64,000 bases of DNA, taken from positions 10,140 through 74,139 of the IMG/VR virus record IMGVR_UViG_3300031555_003117; one strand, 5' to 3'. A program made the position numbers and the translations under genes. The notes beneath the pieces were generated by a model. The model saw only the letters and a list, made by a program, of their open reading frames with translations, was not told where the DNA came from and did no database searches. The DNA comes from a virus (taxonomy: Duplodnaviria > Caudoviricetes). Shown piece after piece: positions 9,219-19,636 of this stretch. Each line of letters opens with the position of its first letter. The first letter of the stretch is position 1.

Positions 9219-12200
9219 TTATGTGAATTGGCAAGTGGTAACGCCATGTGTATGAATTTCAGATCCACTGGAATCTGTTCCAAAAGCAATCCAATAGATG
9301 TAAATGTATCCAAGGGAAGAGGGGCTTGAGCAGTTTGTTGCTACTCTAAATGTACACGAACCTGTTCCGTGCATATTTATCATGCAGTTTACAAACTCTC
9401 CGTTGCTCAACGAGGAATAAGTAGCAGTCTTTGCAGTAGCTACAACCGTAGGCTCTGAAGCAAAGCTTACTCCATAAGTTATTCGTGTGGTGATAGAAGT
9501 CCACGTTCCCGTACTTCCACTGGAAGATTCGCCAGAACTGCTGCTGCCAGATACGAGCACCCAATCACCACTATTGTTGTAGTAAGTTGCGCCCGGAATC
9601 ATGCATACTTGTCCATCTACGCCAGATAATGGCAAACTCGATTTGTACGAAACGCCAAGCGTATTCAATGCAGTTTTAGCCATACTTGAAGTCATACCCT
9701 CATGGAATACTCTGTATGTACTGTATGTTCCACCAACTGCAGTTCTTAACGCCAAGGCATCATCGAGGCTAGACTTGTAGTTTGCAGATCGTACTTCCAG
9801 CATTCTTCTGTTATTGCCAGATGTATCATCATATATTGAAATTGAAGTAGCACCCTGATAACTGGTTTCCAAAACGCCAACCTTGCCAGTAGAAGTATTG
9901 TTGTACGTCGGATATAGTCGAATAGTCGGATAGTATGTGTTCTGCATTGTTAGTGTGCCGGTCATCGTTCCGCCTGCAAGTGGCACATAATCTCCACTTG
10001 TTGTTTCACCGGAACTTGAACCGGGCAAATAATAAGGAATACCTCCTACAATGGGGCATGCAACGTATCCGCCACTTGAAATCTGAGATGTCGTTGTAAT
10101 ACTGCTATTTCCAGATTTCACAATACCATATGTGCTTGAATTTGCTGTCGGAACATTAATTGTTCCGTCCAGATCAACGCTAAGCGTAGAACCGATAATT
10201 ACGCCGCCCAAATTTGTTTTGTCGGCAGGTGTGAGGACAAAGCCAGTGCCACTGCCGCCAGCAATTGCTTGCCAACCGCCGCCAGACTTCACATATATTC
10301 CATGCTCGCCCGTCATGGCTTCGCCAGAATAGATGCTCCCAGTCTTGATCCACATCAGCGAATTCGCAGATTTGGAATAGAACAGTAGATAATAGGAACC
10401 CTGTGTGATGGAAAGCCCGTCAATACATGTTAGCGTAATGCTTGCACTACGATCTACGTTTGTACTCTTATTCCATCCAGATGGCGGCGTATAGGATGTG
10501 TTTGCAACCTCCGTATTTGTGTTGCCGCTTGCGCGGAAGAGCTTAATCTTAATGGGGTTAACAAGTTTACTTTCATAAGGCTTGTCTCGGCTTGCGCCAG
10601 AAGGCCACGTGTTAAAAGTAAAGTTTACCTGTATTGAAGATAGCGAAGAAATACCAGAAAGTGTGATATCAAAAGGAATCAAATAACCAGCATGTGCGGA
10701 AGATACTGTACCTGCGCCAACACGCGCATATCCGCTAATGCTATCGCCGTCCAGACCGGTTGTATTCCAATACTCAAGCTTTATGCCGCAATAGGTATCA
10801 TCTCTGTAAGTTTTATAAGATGCAAGTGCCAAATAGCCAGGGTTAGAATATCCGGAATTGTATTGGTGCGATGTAACGACTGCGCCCGACATGGATGCAG
10901 ACGCTGTTCCATCGGAATACAATGTGCAGATATCGCCATTTGTTGTACCGCTAATTCGTTCCATGGCCGCTTCCGATGCAGCTCTGTAAAATCCAACCAG
11001 CATGCCGATAGCGCCTTTATCGCCGCCGCCAGTGCCGCCATTTTCAACAGGAAGGATAAAGTCACTTGAGAATTTTACGTTTCGACCGATTCTTAACTCA
11101 TAGCTGGTTACGCCATCGTAGGTTGAAGACGAAATTTCAAAGATATTGTCTGCGCCTTCTGAATCTGCGCGAACAATAAAGGCACCTTGTATGCTGATGC
11201 CATCTGAACCAATATAAGTACCGCCCGTAGAATAAAGCGTACTTGCACTTCCGCTGTATATGGCACCGCTCTTGATCGTCCATCCGCCAGCTCCGCCAAT
11301 ATATCCTGTATTGGCATAAATATCGCCAGTAATCGACAATACCCCTGTTGATTTGGTATATTTAAATGCACTACCGCCAATGCTGATACCATCGGTTCCA
11401 AGATATGTTCCACCACTTGCGCCAAGCGATGAAGCTGTACCATTGTAAATGCTATTGGTGCCAATGACCCATCCGCCAGTTCCGCCAATGTATCCTCCGA
11501 GCGCAGTAATATAACCGCTCAAATACATATTGCCGTTTTCGTAATAAAGCATAGATGAATCATCTGAACGGAAGAATCCCATTGCATCATTCATTACTTG
11601 GAAATAGGTATTGTCTTTGCCGGTTATTTTCAGGCCAACTTTTTCGTTTAACAGCAGTTCATTGACATTAGAATTTGTAAAATAGATGCCAGTAGTGCCA
11701 TTATAAATGCTGTTGGCAAAGATTCTTGCAGCCTCCGCTTCTTCAGAAGCACTATCCGCCAATACTTTTGCATTGTCTGCAGATGTTTGTGCAGAGTTTG
11801 CTTTTGCGAGTGCATTAAGCGCCTCTTGCTTTGCTGCGTCAGCAGCCTCTTGTGCGTCTACAATTGCTTGATCTTGATAAACGACCCATTTGGTTCCGCT
11901 CCAACGATATAATTTGTTACCTTCGGAAGTGTTAATCCATAGATCGCCTATGGCTGTTGCAGTCGGCTGAGTAGATTGTGCAAACGTAACAATTTTTCCA
12001 TCTGCGGTTGATTGTGCGTCACTGGCAGCATCCAGCGCGGCCTTAAGTGCCTGATTTGTAATATCAACCCATCCACTGTTTGTATATCGAAAAATCTTAC
12101 CATTCGCAGTATCATACCAAATATCATTTACTGCAGGATCGCTTGGCTTTGCACCGTAATAAGTAGTAGTCTTTCCGTCAATGCAGTCGGTAAGTTCTGC

Positions 12201-15188
12201 TTTTAATGCGTCAAGCTCTGCCTTGGTCATTTCATCAATATAATCTTCAATTGGAGTTTCCTCATCATCTCCGCCAAGGATTCTTAGGCTTGTCGCTACA
12301 ACTTCGCCTGTAAATTTCCCTTCTGCTGCTTCAAGCGTACCGATAAAATGAAGATTGCCTGCATTGTCCGCGTAAAGTAGATTAACGTATTGCTCATTCC
12401 CGTCAAGGTCATAATCCTTGCGACGTATCACAAATACATTTTTATCCTCTGGTACATTTTCGCCATTGGTTGTAAGCGTCAAACCATGCTGGTCGAGAAC
12501 GATGCTGTTGTTCTGATTATAAATGCCAACTTTTTCACCAAGGATTAAATTACCTACCAGTGTATCTGCAATTACGCCATATGATTCCTCTAAGTCTCCA
12601 GTTTCGGGATTATAGAATGTAAAATCACCAATGCCAGCCTTGGAAGTCAGCCATCCATCATCCGTCAAATATAAACCACGGTTGATGATCTTTAACTGCT
12701 TATCATCATAATCATCTGTAATCGGCAGATACTGTCTGCATAGAAACCCTCGTTCATCCCATGTAATATTCTGGTCTTTGGCACTGTCTACAATCTTCAT
12801 CTTCGTCAATGCCAAGCCTTCAGTTACCCAGCCATCAAGAAACGTCTGTGTTTTCTTTGCGCTTCCAGCCTGTCGCTTCACAGAGTCATAAGAAGATGCC
12901 ATGGAATATGCTTGCCGCAATATACTCTCACTGTCGCTTGAAGCATCTGCTGCACGGATAACATCTGAAAAGGTTATGGAAATATTTTCTAGATTATCAT
13001 AATCTATCTCGTATGAAATCAGCCTGAGTCTGTAAATTTCACCGTCAACATTAATTCGAAGCCAGTTGCCCACCTTGAAATTATCCACAATCACCTTAAA
13101 TTCTGGCATTACAAGTAGATTCTTTAGCGTCGCAGTGATTGAATGCTGCAGAGTCGCAGATTTAACCAATTCTTTCTTGGCAATCTCCATGAATTCCAAT
13201 GCGTTTGCGAATAACTGTGCGTTGTCTAGACCATCCGAAATGTAGTTTTCATTGCGAAAAGTGGATTCTCTGCGGTAAGTATGGAATTCCTTCCATAGAT
13301 CCGTTCCAAGATATGCTTCGAAATTCAAGGCGTCCTGAATGGCATTATTTTCATCAATAATCAAGTTTTGCAAGCCATCAGCAATCAGATCGCCATCTCG
13401 ATCAAATGAACCAATAATAATGGCAATTTCGCTTTCTCGTAATTTCATTTCAGCCTGTATTGCCATCAGCTTTTGATAGTAGGGGAGATAAATTGTCTGA
13501 TAAAGGTCTTGCTCTTGGCTTGCCCATGTCTCATCATTTGCAACGCCTTGCTCAATTAAGATATCAAGGCATGCTTGACAGGCATCGGCAAAGCTCTGTA
13601 GGCTTGTTAAACAGTATCTGCGGAGTCTGACCTTAAAATTACCCAGGCTCAGTTTGAAAAGTCCACTGATCTCAGTCGGACTTTCTGATGCGCCGCTTAC
13701 AGCCTTTTCAAGTCGCTGATAAATGAAATCTGTATAGTTATCAGTGATCGTTATACTTATAGTAGAACTGTCGGCGGTGTCTTCCTCGTCAGAATAATTT
13801 GTAACTGTAAATACGCCGCTCCATACGTTGCCGCTATAATTGCTGCTCTTTACTTTTACCTGATACCGTGGATCAATCAGCGTTTTGGCCATTGCCAGAA
13901 CAGAGCTTGTCGCAGTTGCATGCGAACAAATTGAAAGATCTGTCACAGCCACGGGGGAGAGTGCGCCCGAAGTAAGCCTGTCTGCCTGATCATCAGCGCT
14001 CGTGTCTGAAATTTCCACGCTCGGCATCAATGTGTTCTGCAAGATATGATAAAAATCAATTGTATCGTAATATGCGTTCATCAGCGCCGGATAGCCGACG
14101 ATGGGCGATGCTATGGTTCGAATGCCTGCCCTGTATTCGCTATATTTTTCAACAAGGTTGTTGTACGCTGATAGCACATCTGCCCTGAATGAAATTTTGT
14201 GCTCAAGCTGATAGTATCGGTAGAGATCATCATAGCTTTGCAGACGCGATCTTAAACCGTCACTCATGTCATTCCTTGTGGAATTCGGGAAATACCATAT
14301 ATAGCCACTGCCGTTTGGGTTGCAGTTAACTAGCGTAGCGGTCATCAGATCATCACCGGCTTCAAGTTTAAAGCAATTCTTTACGGATGCATTGTCTGAT
14401 GCATATGTAATCCCATCTGCAAGGTTTTCTTTAGAAATATAAATCCCCGTATCTTCACCATAGCCAAGGCGTATGTTTTCACTTTCGCAGTTTGAACATG
14501 TGTGAAGGAACTCTCCACGGGTTTTGCAATCATAGCAATAAGATTCCAGATCATAAATGCTGATCTCGCGCTTTATGCCGCCATCGCTATTCATGCCAGA
14601 ATCAATGATGAAGATACAGTTTATCTCTGTGGCAATCTCCTGAAATGCATCATAAATGCTGATTTCGTTAAACTCAAAGGTGCGCTGAATCTTCGCAATG
14701 CTGGCATCCACATGTTTAATCGTGTAGTGTGGCGCTTTCTCCATTATGCGGTTCAACAGAGACGCATTCGGATTTGTTTCATCAAACAGAACCGTTACCT
14801 CATAATCGTCTCTTGAGATATCGGTTTCAGTATTAATCTCTATACCATAAAGATTGATCTGAGAAAGTTCCGCTTCGCCAATGGATACAGCAGAAATATG
14901 TTTAATTACTTCTGCATCATCAACAAATTCTACATAGATTTCAAACCAACGATCATACTCTGGACAATAGATTAGCCGAAAATCTTGAACTTCATCCCAA
15001 ACGGGGTTTATCAGTTCACCTATATACTTATGAACTTCAAATTTAAAGTCAAAGCAAGCGTTTAAGGAATCTACAGCTTTTAGATTATAAGCAACGACTG
15101 ATCCAAGCCGCTTTCCTCCGCGTGTTGACAACATTAAAGTTGGCTGAATTACGTTATACGAATTATCAAATTTTATTTTCACTGCCAA
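9219..15188 (-). CDS. Large tail/baseplate hub-spike protein (1989 aa)
   Basis: Follows Dit. Contains DGKTTTYY..P....DIWYDT repeats and many GGWxI glycine-rich beta repeats; the C-terminal domain resembles a gp53/H-type lectin (YGVSFASEPTVV...YWIAFG). Confidence 0.75.
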   Translation of the reverse strand: MAVKIKFDNSYNVIQPTLMLSTRGGKRLGSVVAYNLKAVDSLNACFDFKFEVHKYIGELINPVWDEVQDFRLIYCPEYDRWFEIYVEFVDDAEVIKHISAVSIGEAELSQINLYGIEINTETDISRDDYEVTVLFDETNPNASLLNRIMEKAPHYTIKHVDASIAKIQRTFEFNEISIYDAFQEIATEINCIFIIDSGMNSDGGIKREISIYDLESYCYDCKTRGEFLHTCSNCESENIRLGYGEDTGIYISKENLADGITYASDNASVKNCFKLEAGDDLMTATLVNCNPNGSGYIWYFPNSTRNDMSDGLRSRLQSYDDLYRYYQLEHKISFRADVLSAYNNLVEKYSEYRAGIRTIASPIVGYPALMNAYYDTIDFYHILQNTLMPSVEISDTSADDQADRLTSGALSPVAVTDLSICSHATATSSVLAMAKTLIDPRYQVKVKSSNYSGNVWSGVFTVTNYSDEEDTADSSTISITITDNYTDFIYQRLEKAVSGASESPTEISGLFKLSLGNFKVRLRRYCLTSLQSFADACQACLDILIEQGVANDETWASQEQDLYQTIYLPYYQKLMAIQAEMKLRESEIAIIIGSFDRDGDLIADGLQNLIIDENNAIQDALNFEAYLGTDLWKEFHTYRRESTFRNENYISDGLDNAQLFANALEFMEIAKKELVKSATLQHSITATLKNLLVMPEFKVIVDNFKVGNWLRINVDGEIYRLRLISYEIDYDNLENISITFSDVIRAADASSDSESILRQAYSMASSYDSVKRQAGSAKKTQTFLDGWVTEGLALTKMKIVDSAKDQNITWDERGFLCRQYLPITDDYDDKQLKIINRGLYLTDDGWLTSKAGIGDFTFYNPETGDLEESYGVIADTLVGNLILGEKVGIYNQNNSIVLDQHGLTLTTNGENVPEDKNVFVIRRKDYDLDGNEQYVNLLYADNAGNLHFIGTLEAAEGKFTGEVVATSLRILGGDDEETPIEDYIDEMTKAELDALKAELTDCIDGKTTTYYGAKPSDPAVNDIWYDTANGKIFRYTNSGWVDITNQALKAALDAASDAQSTADGKIVTFAQSTQPTATAIGDLWINTSEGNKLYRWSGTKWVVYQDQAIVDAQEAADAAKQEALNALAKANSAQTSADNAKVLADSASEEAEAARIFANSIYNGTTGIYFTNSNVNELLLNEKVGLKITGKDNTYFQVMNDAMGFFRSDDSSMLYYENGNMYLSGYITALGGYIGGTGGWVIGTNSIYNGTASSLGASGGTYLGTDGISIGGSAFKYTKSTGVLSITGDIYANTGYIGGAGGWTIKSGAIYSGSASTLYSTGGTYIGSDGISIQGAFIVRADSEGADNIFEISSSTYDGVTSYELRIGRNVKFSSDFILPVENGGTGGGDKGAIGMLVGFYRAASEAAMERISGTTNGDICTLYSDGTASASMSGAVVTSHQYNSGYSNPGYLALASYKTYRDDTYCGIKLEYWNTTGLDGDSISGYARVGAGTVSSAHAGYLIPFDITLSGISSLSSIQVNFTFNTWPSGASRDKPYESKLVNPIKIKLFRASGNTNTEVANTSYTPPSGWNKSTNVDRSASITLTCIDGLSITQGSYYLLFYSKSANSLMWIKTGSIYSGEAMTGEHGIYVKSGGGWQAIAGGSGTGFVLTPADKTNLGGVIIGSTLSVDLDGTINVPTANSSTYGIVKSGNSSITTTSQISSGGYVACPIVGGIPYYLPGSSSGETTSGDYVPLAGGTMTGTLTMQNTYYPTIRLYPTYNNTSTGKVGVLETSYQGATSISIYDDTSGNNRRMLEVRSANYKSSLDDALALRTAVGGTYSTYRVFHEGMTSSMAKTALNTLGVSYKSSLPLSGVDGQVCMIPGATYYNNSGDWVLVSGSSSSGESSSGSTGTWTSITTRITYGVSFASEPTVVATAKTATYSSLSNGEFVNCMINMHGTGSCTFRVATNCSSPSSLGYIYIYWIAFGTDSSGSEIHTHGVTTCQFT

Positions 15189-15212
15189 GCGCCATCACCT
15201 CTCTTTCCTCTG

Positions 15213-16031
15213 TTACGGTACATCTTTGATGATCGGGTCATATTGAATATCAATAATACATGGTAAACTAACGGAGATTATATTGCTTCTGTCCTCAAGG
15301 GAATTCTCAATGCGCAAAAAGTGGAAATTGAAATCATTGTATATTTCGTGTGCGCTATCTGACGAGACTAGAATCTGTTCATTTCCCTGAATGGTAATGG
15401 TTTCGCCTTCTGTGCAATTCAAAATCTCCATGAGCGTACCGTTAGTCAGATTCTGAATCCTTAAATTACCGCCTGCATTACATATTACCGTAATATCTGG
15501 ATAAATATATCCAATTTCGTCTGACCTATCAATGATTTCAAATTCTTCGCCTGCATGAATAATTGTTTTTAGATATTGTTCTCTTTCGCCATACCCGAAC
15601 GGCCTGTTCGTTTCCATTGTTAGTCGGAGTCCAAATAGCTTTTTGTGAATCTCTATCTTGTCTATATTAAAACTCGCATCAAAATAGCAAGGGCTATGCT
15701 CCAAAGCGTCTTCGACCACCACCTGAAATTTCAGGAACTGCTTCCGATTAAGCCATCTTACCAGATCCCTGAACTCATCGTTGCTGATCTCCATATCGCT
15801 TGGTTGATACAAATCGGGATTCTTACAAATGTCAAATGTAGTTTGAATACATTCGTCATATTGAGTACCGACACTGTATCGTATTTTACCCTTGTGGTTT
15901 GAAACAGTATTAAATACAATCTTTGAACCTGCATTTACAATATCGGCACCGGATGGACTATTAAAATCACAGATGATAAATCCATAATCGCTCAAATGCT
16001 GTCCATCATACTCAAAATCTAAAGCATACAT
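15213..16031 (-). CDS. Distal tail protein (Dit-like)
   Basis: MYALDFEYDGQHLSDYGFIIC N-terminus; canonical position right after the TMP. Confidence 0.7.
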   Translation of the reverse strand: MYALDFEYDGQHLSDYGFIICDFNSPSGADIVNAGSKIVFNTVSNHKGKIRYSVGTQYDECIQTTFDICKNPDLYQPSDMEISNDEFRDLVRWLNRKQFLKFQVVVEDALEHSPCYFDASFNIDKIEIHKKLFGLRLTMETNRPFGYGEREQYLKTIIHAGEEFEIIDRSDEIGYIYPDITVICNAGGNLRIQNLTNGTLMEILNCTEGETITIQGNEQILVSSDSAHEIYNDFNFHFLRIENSLEDRSNIISVSLPCIIDIQYDPIIKDVP

Positions 16032-16132
16032 AGTACATCCGTACCTTTCTTAGTTTTGTAGCATAGAATGAGTTTTAGGTCTTCATTCCGACCAATTGAA
16101 TGGGTTTAATGCCTCCATTCCGGCTGTACATG

Positions 16133-16159
16133 AAAAGGGGAGGGCAGTCAAACCCTCCC
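16133..16159 (-). terminator. Intrinsic terminator-like hairpin after the TMP
   Basis: GGGAGGG/CCCTCCC stem followed by TTTTC on the minus strand. Confidence 0.5.
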
Positions 16160-16174
16160 GCTTTCCTAAAACCA

Positions 16175-18252
16175 TCAAGTCCAATGGTATTTATATTTTT
16201 CCAGTTTACTCTTTCCCATCATACGGTCAGTTGTCATGGACTGAATAAACTTTTCAAACTTGCCGTCATGCTGCATCTTATACATCAGATCATTATAATC
16301 ATCAACATGGTCAATCGGCATATTGAATTCAAAGTGATTCGTCACGCTACCGATGCTCTCACCGCCAGCCGGTTCGCCCATCCTTGAATACAATTTTTCC
16401 AGAGCAACCGTAGTATCCATTGCCCTGCTCATCACGTGCAGGTTATTCGCCAGCTTAGAGAAATTCGTAGCCTGATCCGGCGTCAGAACTGCTTCACCAC
16501 GTTTCAGCGTGTTCACAGTAATTACGTCATCGCCCTGCATCTGAGCAATTCTTTTCAGTTCGCCTACATAGCCGCCTTCGCTAAAGCCCTGAATCAGCTT
16601 GGAACCATTCTTTGAAACCCAAGCCTTTTCGCCCTTGTAGATAATGGAATGCCAGTTGCCTACGGTTTCTCCGCCGTATTCAAATGTCTGGCCTTCCTTT
16701 ACCGTACCGATGTCCTTGTAGCTCTTGCCTGCACCTGTTCTTACATTCCATCTGCCGTCCAGAATTTCAACCTTCATCGGCTGAGTTTCGGGTTCGTCCG
16801 GTTCTTCCGGAGTAGTCGGAATTGAAGGAGGTGTTATCGGCTCCGTGCTTTCAGGCTCGGTTGGAATGGTAGGCGTTGTGGTGGTCGTATTCGTAATTGT
16901 TTCGCCAGCAGTTGTATTGCTGCGCAGAACCATAGAAGAAACGTTGGCGGAAATACCGTTCAGCACAGCATTCAAGCTCGTAAGCTGAGTAGTGAAATCC
17001 GTGCCATACTTGGTAATAACGCCGCTGATACCACCATCGCCAGACCAGATAGCGGTCATGGTGTTTGAAAGCTTCAAGCCCAGCTTGTCGCTGACCGTTG
17101 TGATCGTATCCTCAATCGTCTTTGAATCGGCGTTGATTGCGTCGATCATGTCAGAAATCAAGGCGTCTGTATCATCAAGACGTTGATTCAGAACGGCTTC
17201 GTAATCTGAGTAGAGGTCGTCAAGAAGCTTTTTCTGGTCTTTGATGTACTGGTCATACTGACTTTCTGCCAGTTCATCTTCGGCTTCTGCAAGCTCAACC
17301 TGCAGTTTTTGAATTCTGGCCTTGTTTTCCTCAGAAGTATCATTGGCGTATGCACTCAATTGCTTCTGAAGCTTCTGTACTTCCGAGGATTGCTTCTTGA
17401 TCTTTTTCTGATAATCATATAGGTCTTTGGCGCTGTCAAGAGATTCTTCATAGGCGTCAATCAGTTCCCGCAGTGAATCCAGTTCCAGATTGATACCTTC
17501 CTCTACCATGTCGATGATCGCTTGCTTTTCTTCCTCTGCCGCAGAAACAGATTCATGCTGCAAACTCAGCAGTTCTTCCCTGCGCTCAATCAGGTCAGTA
17601 TTGTAAGGATCATTGGCAATCTGCTTGTCGATCTTTTCTATCTCATCGGCATACTTTTCTGCCTGTGCAAGATAAGTATTATAATTCTGACCATGCAAGC
17701 CCATTGCAGCCATACCTTCATCAGTTAGCTGTCCGCGCTCAGTGTAGAGGTCTGAGTTTTCCAACAGAGAAATCAGCGTGTTCGCTTCATCTGTAATCTT
17801 GGAAATGCGGTCTTGCACATAGTCGAAGTAAGACCATTCAAGGTTTTGTATCTCTGCGCCATATTCGGCAACGGCAACCTGGCTTTCCTGAATTGCTTCC
17901 TTGGTATCATTGATCTGAATCTGCATTGAATACCAGGCTTCGCTGCCTTCTTCAATTTCACCAGAATTGATACCTTGGCTCATAGCCTGAATCAAATCAG
18001 CCAATCGCTTTTCAGAGATGCCTTGCTTGGATTGTTCAACTGCCTGCAGCTCCTTGTAGAAGTTAATGCTTCCGAGGTAGCCCTGTGCGTCAAGTTGAGC
18101 AATGCCGTTGTTAATGGTATTTGCCCTGTGCTCTTCAAGCGCAAGTTCGTTATCCATCTGGGTAGTGATGGTGTCGAATCGCTCCTGATAAAGAGAAGCA
18201 AGGGATTCATGCAGTTCATCAATCGCATCCTTGCAGTCAAGGGCTTTTTCAT
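16175..18252 (-). CDS. Tape measure protein, exon 4 (C-terminal, includes an SH3b-like domain)
   Basis: Frame is open from 18252 (..YEKALDCKDAI..) into track ORF 16175..18157; WNVRTGAG...WVS segment is SH3b-like. Confidence 0.85.
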
Positions 18253-18354
18253 CGTTATCTTTAGTTGGTTAGCTACACCAACTGGATTGTTAATCCCACA
18301 TAGTTTCCTATGTGACGAGACTATATCTTCTACACTAAAAATAACAGTATGATA

Positions 18355-18382
18355 TTGACATAACAATAAATCTACATATAAT
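18355..18382 (+). promoter_or_regulatory. Sigma70-type promoter for the small peptide
   Basis: TTGACA (18355-60), 16 nt spacer, TATAAT (18377-82). Confidence 0.7.
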
Positions 18383-18548
18383 AAAGATGTGGAAACCACC
18401 GTCAGGTCAGGGTTCTTTTCGTATCGTTTTCTGCCTTGGCGGTTGATGGTAAAAGGGCGGTTGCCTCCTAATTCGACACTCGCGTGAGCTGAAAGGAGGT
18501 GCAATGTGCGGCTCCCGACGAGAATACTTTTTCGGAGGTGAATTGCGC

Positions 18549-18683
18549 ATGAAAGCTATTTCATTTATGGGAGACCTTTGTGGCATCTTAGGATTTATCC
18601 TAACGATTCTATTCCGTGTAATAGACTCTTTTAAATGGAAAGCGAGCCGTCTCGCTACAGACGACTCGCTTAGGGGTATCTGA
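18549..18683 (+). CDS. Small hydrophobic peptide (44 aa; 59 aa if started at 18504), type I toxin-like
   Basis: MKAISFMGDLCGILGFILTILFRVIDSFKWKASRLATDDSLRGI. Strong RBS before both possible starts; one TM helix followed by a basic tail; flanked by convergent promoters. Confidence 0.65.
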   Translation: MKAISFMGDLCGILGFILTILFRVIDSFKWKASRLATDDSLRGI

Positions 18684-18751
18684 GGTCGTAAGCCTCAATG
18701 CCTTTGTATAAGCCTGTTTCTCGTGGCGACCGTCTAGGTTTCCACATCTTT

Positions 18752-18780
18752 ATTATATATAGCATTTTTTATCGTGTCAA
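18752..18780 (-). promoter_or_regulatory. Sigma70-type promoter, convergent (candidate antisense RNA promoter)
   Basis: TTGACA, 17 nt spacer, TATAAT on the minus strand. Confidence 0.7.
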
Positions 18781-19034
18781 GATACATTTTGAGTATATTT
18801 TAGGTAGTCTACCTTTTCGAATCGCCAATCGCTTGCGATCCTACTCCCTTGCGGGATAGTCGTTGAACGTTCCCCTGTTCAGGGCTTCGCTGCTGATTGC
18901 CCAATCCTTACGTTTTTCAAACCATCGCACTTCGGTTTATTTCATCCGTATGCTGTGGTTGTAAGGCTCTAAGGGGTTTCCAGCAATTAAATAGAATACC
19001 CCTATTCGTTACCGAATAGAGGGGCAATTTGTTT

Positions 19035-19636
19035 ACCATTCTGTATAAGAGTCTATAAGTTCAGCGGTTTCCTCGTCATATTCCTTGATGTCGATTGTAC
19101 CGTCATGAACCTTCTTTTTCAGTTCGTCAGACAGGCCAACAGAATTTGCTTCCTGCATATAGCGCTCAAAACCAGCCTCTTGAATTGCCAATTCTTCACG
19201 CATCTTGCGCATCTGTTCTGTTGCCGCTTCAAGTCTCTTGGGAAGCGGCTTAAAAATGCTGGCAAATGCATTTGCAGCCTTTTCAACCAGACGCTGAATG
19301 CGACTGATAGCAACTTCGATCCAGTCTTTGATGGAAGGATCGGATTCTTCATCGGAAGAGCTACTGGAAGAACCTTTGTTTGAGGAACTACTACCTGATG
19401 GTTTAGTCGTTACCTGACCACCGATGATAACCGACCCATTAGCCGTGCCACCATACTCAGTATTGGACGCAAAAGCCGTACCCTCAGCAAGTGCTTTTCC
19501 TCTCGGCGTAATGCCTGAGATTTTACCATTTTTCAGCAATTGCTCTGTCTGCTTATGGTTAAAGATTATGTCGCCCTTCTTGTATTGGAAGAATTCTGCG
19601 CCATAATCGCCGATGGTGAAGTATTTGCCGTTACGT
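19035..19636 (-). CDS. Tape measure protein, exon 3 (602 nt)
   Basis: RNGKYFTIGDYGAEFFQYKKGDIIFNHKQTEQLLKNGKIS...DSYTEW; includes track ORF 19033..19539. Confidence 0.85.

Larger units (their letters stand above)
18253..19034 (-). ncRNA. Group I intron 3 of the TMP (782 nt, no endonuclease, TA-like insert in L8)
   Basis: Core motifs TTGCTGGAAACCCC, GGCAATCAGCAGCGAAG, GTTCAACGACTA and AAGATATAGTC. 5' exon ends in U (TGG T|); intron ends in G (GATAACG|AT GAA). Splicing gives TEW-YEKAL in frame. Confidence 0.9.

Noticed and set aside
9219-9560. C-terminus of the large tail protein as a second VR
   Set aside because: No similarity to the TR and no WWLRS-type motif.
17992-18504. 170-aa minus-strand track ORF, and the many plus-strand ORFs opposite structural genes
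   Set aside because: They cross intron/exon boundaries or shadow well-supported genes, and lack an RBS or recognisable motifs.
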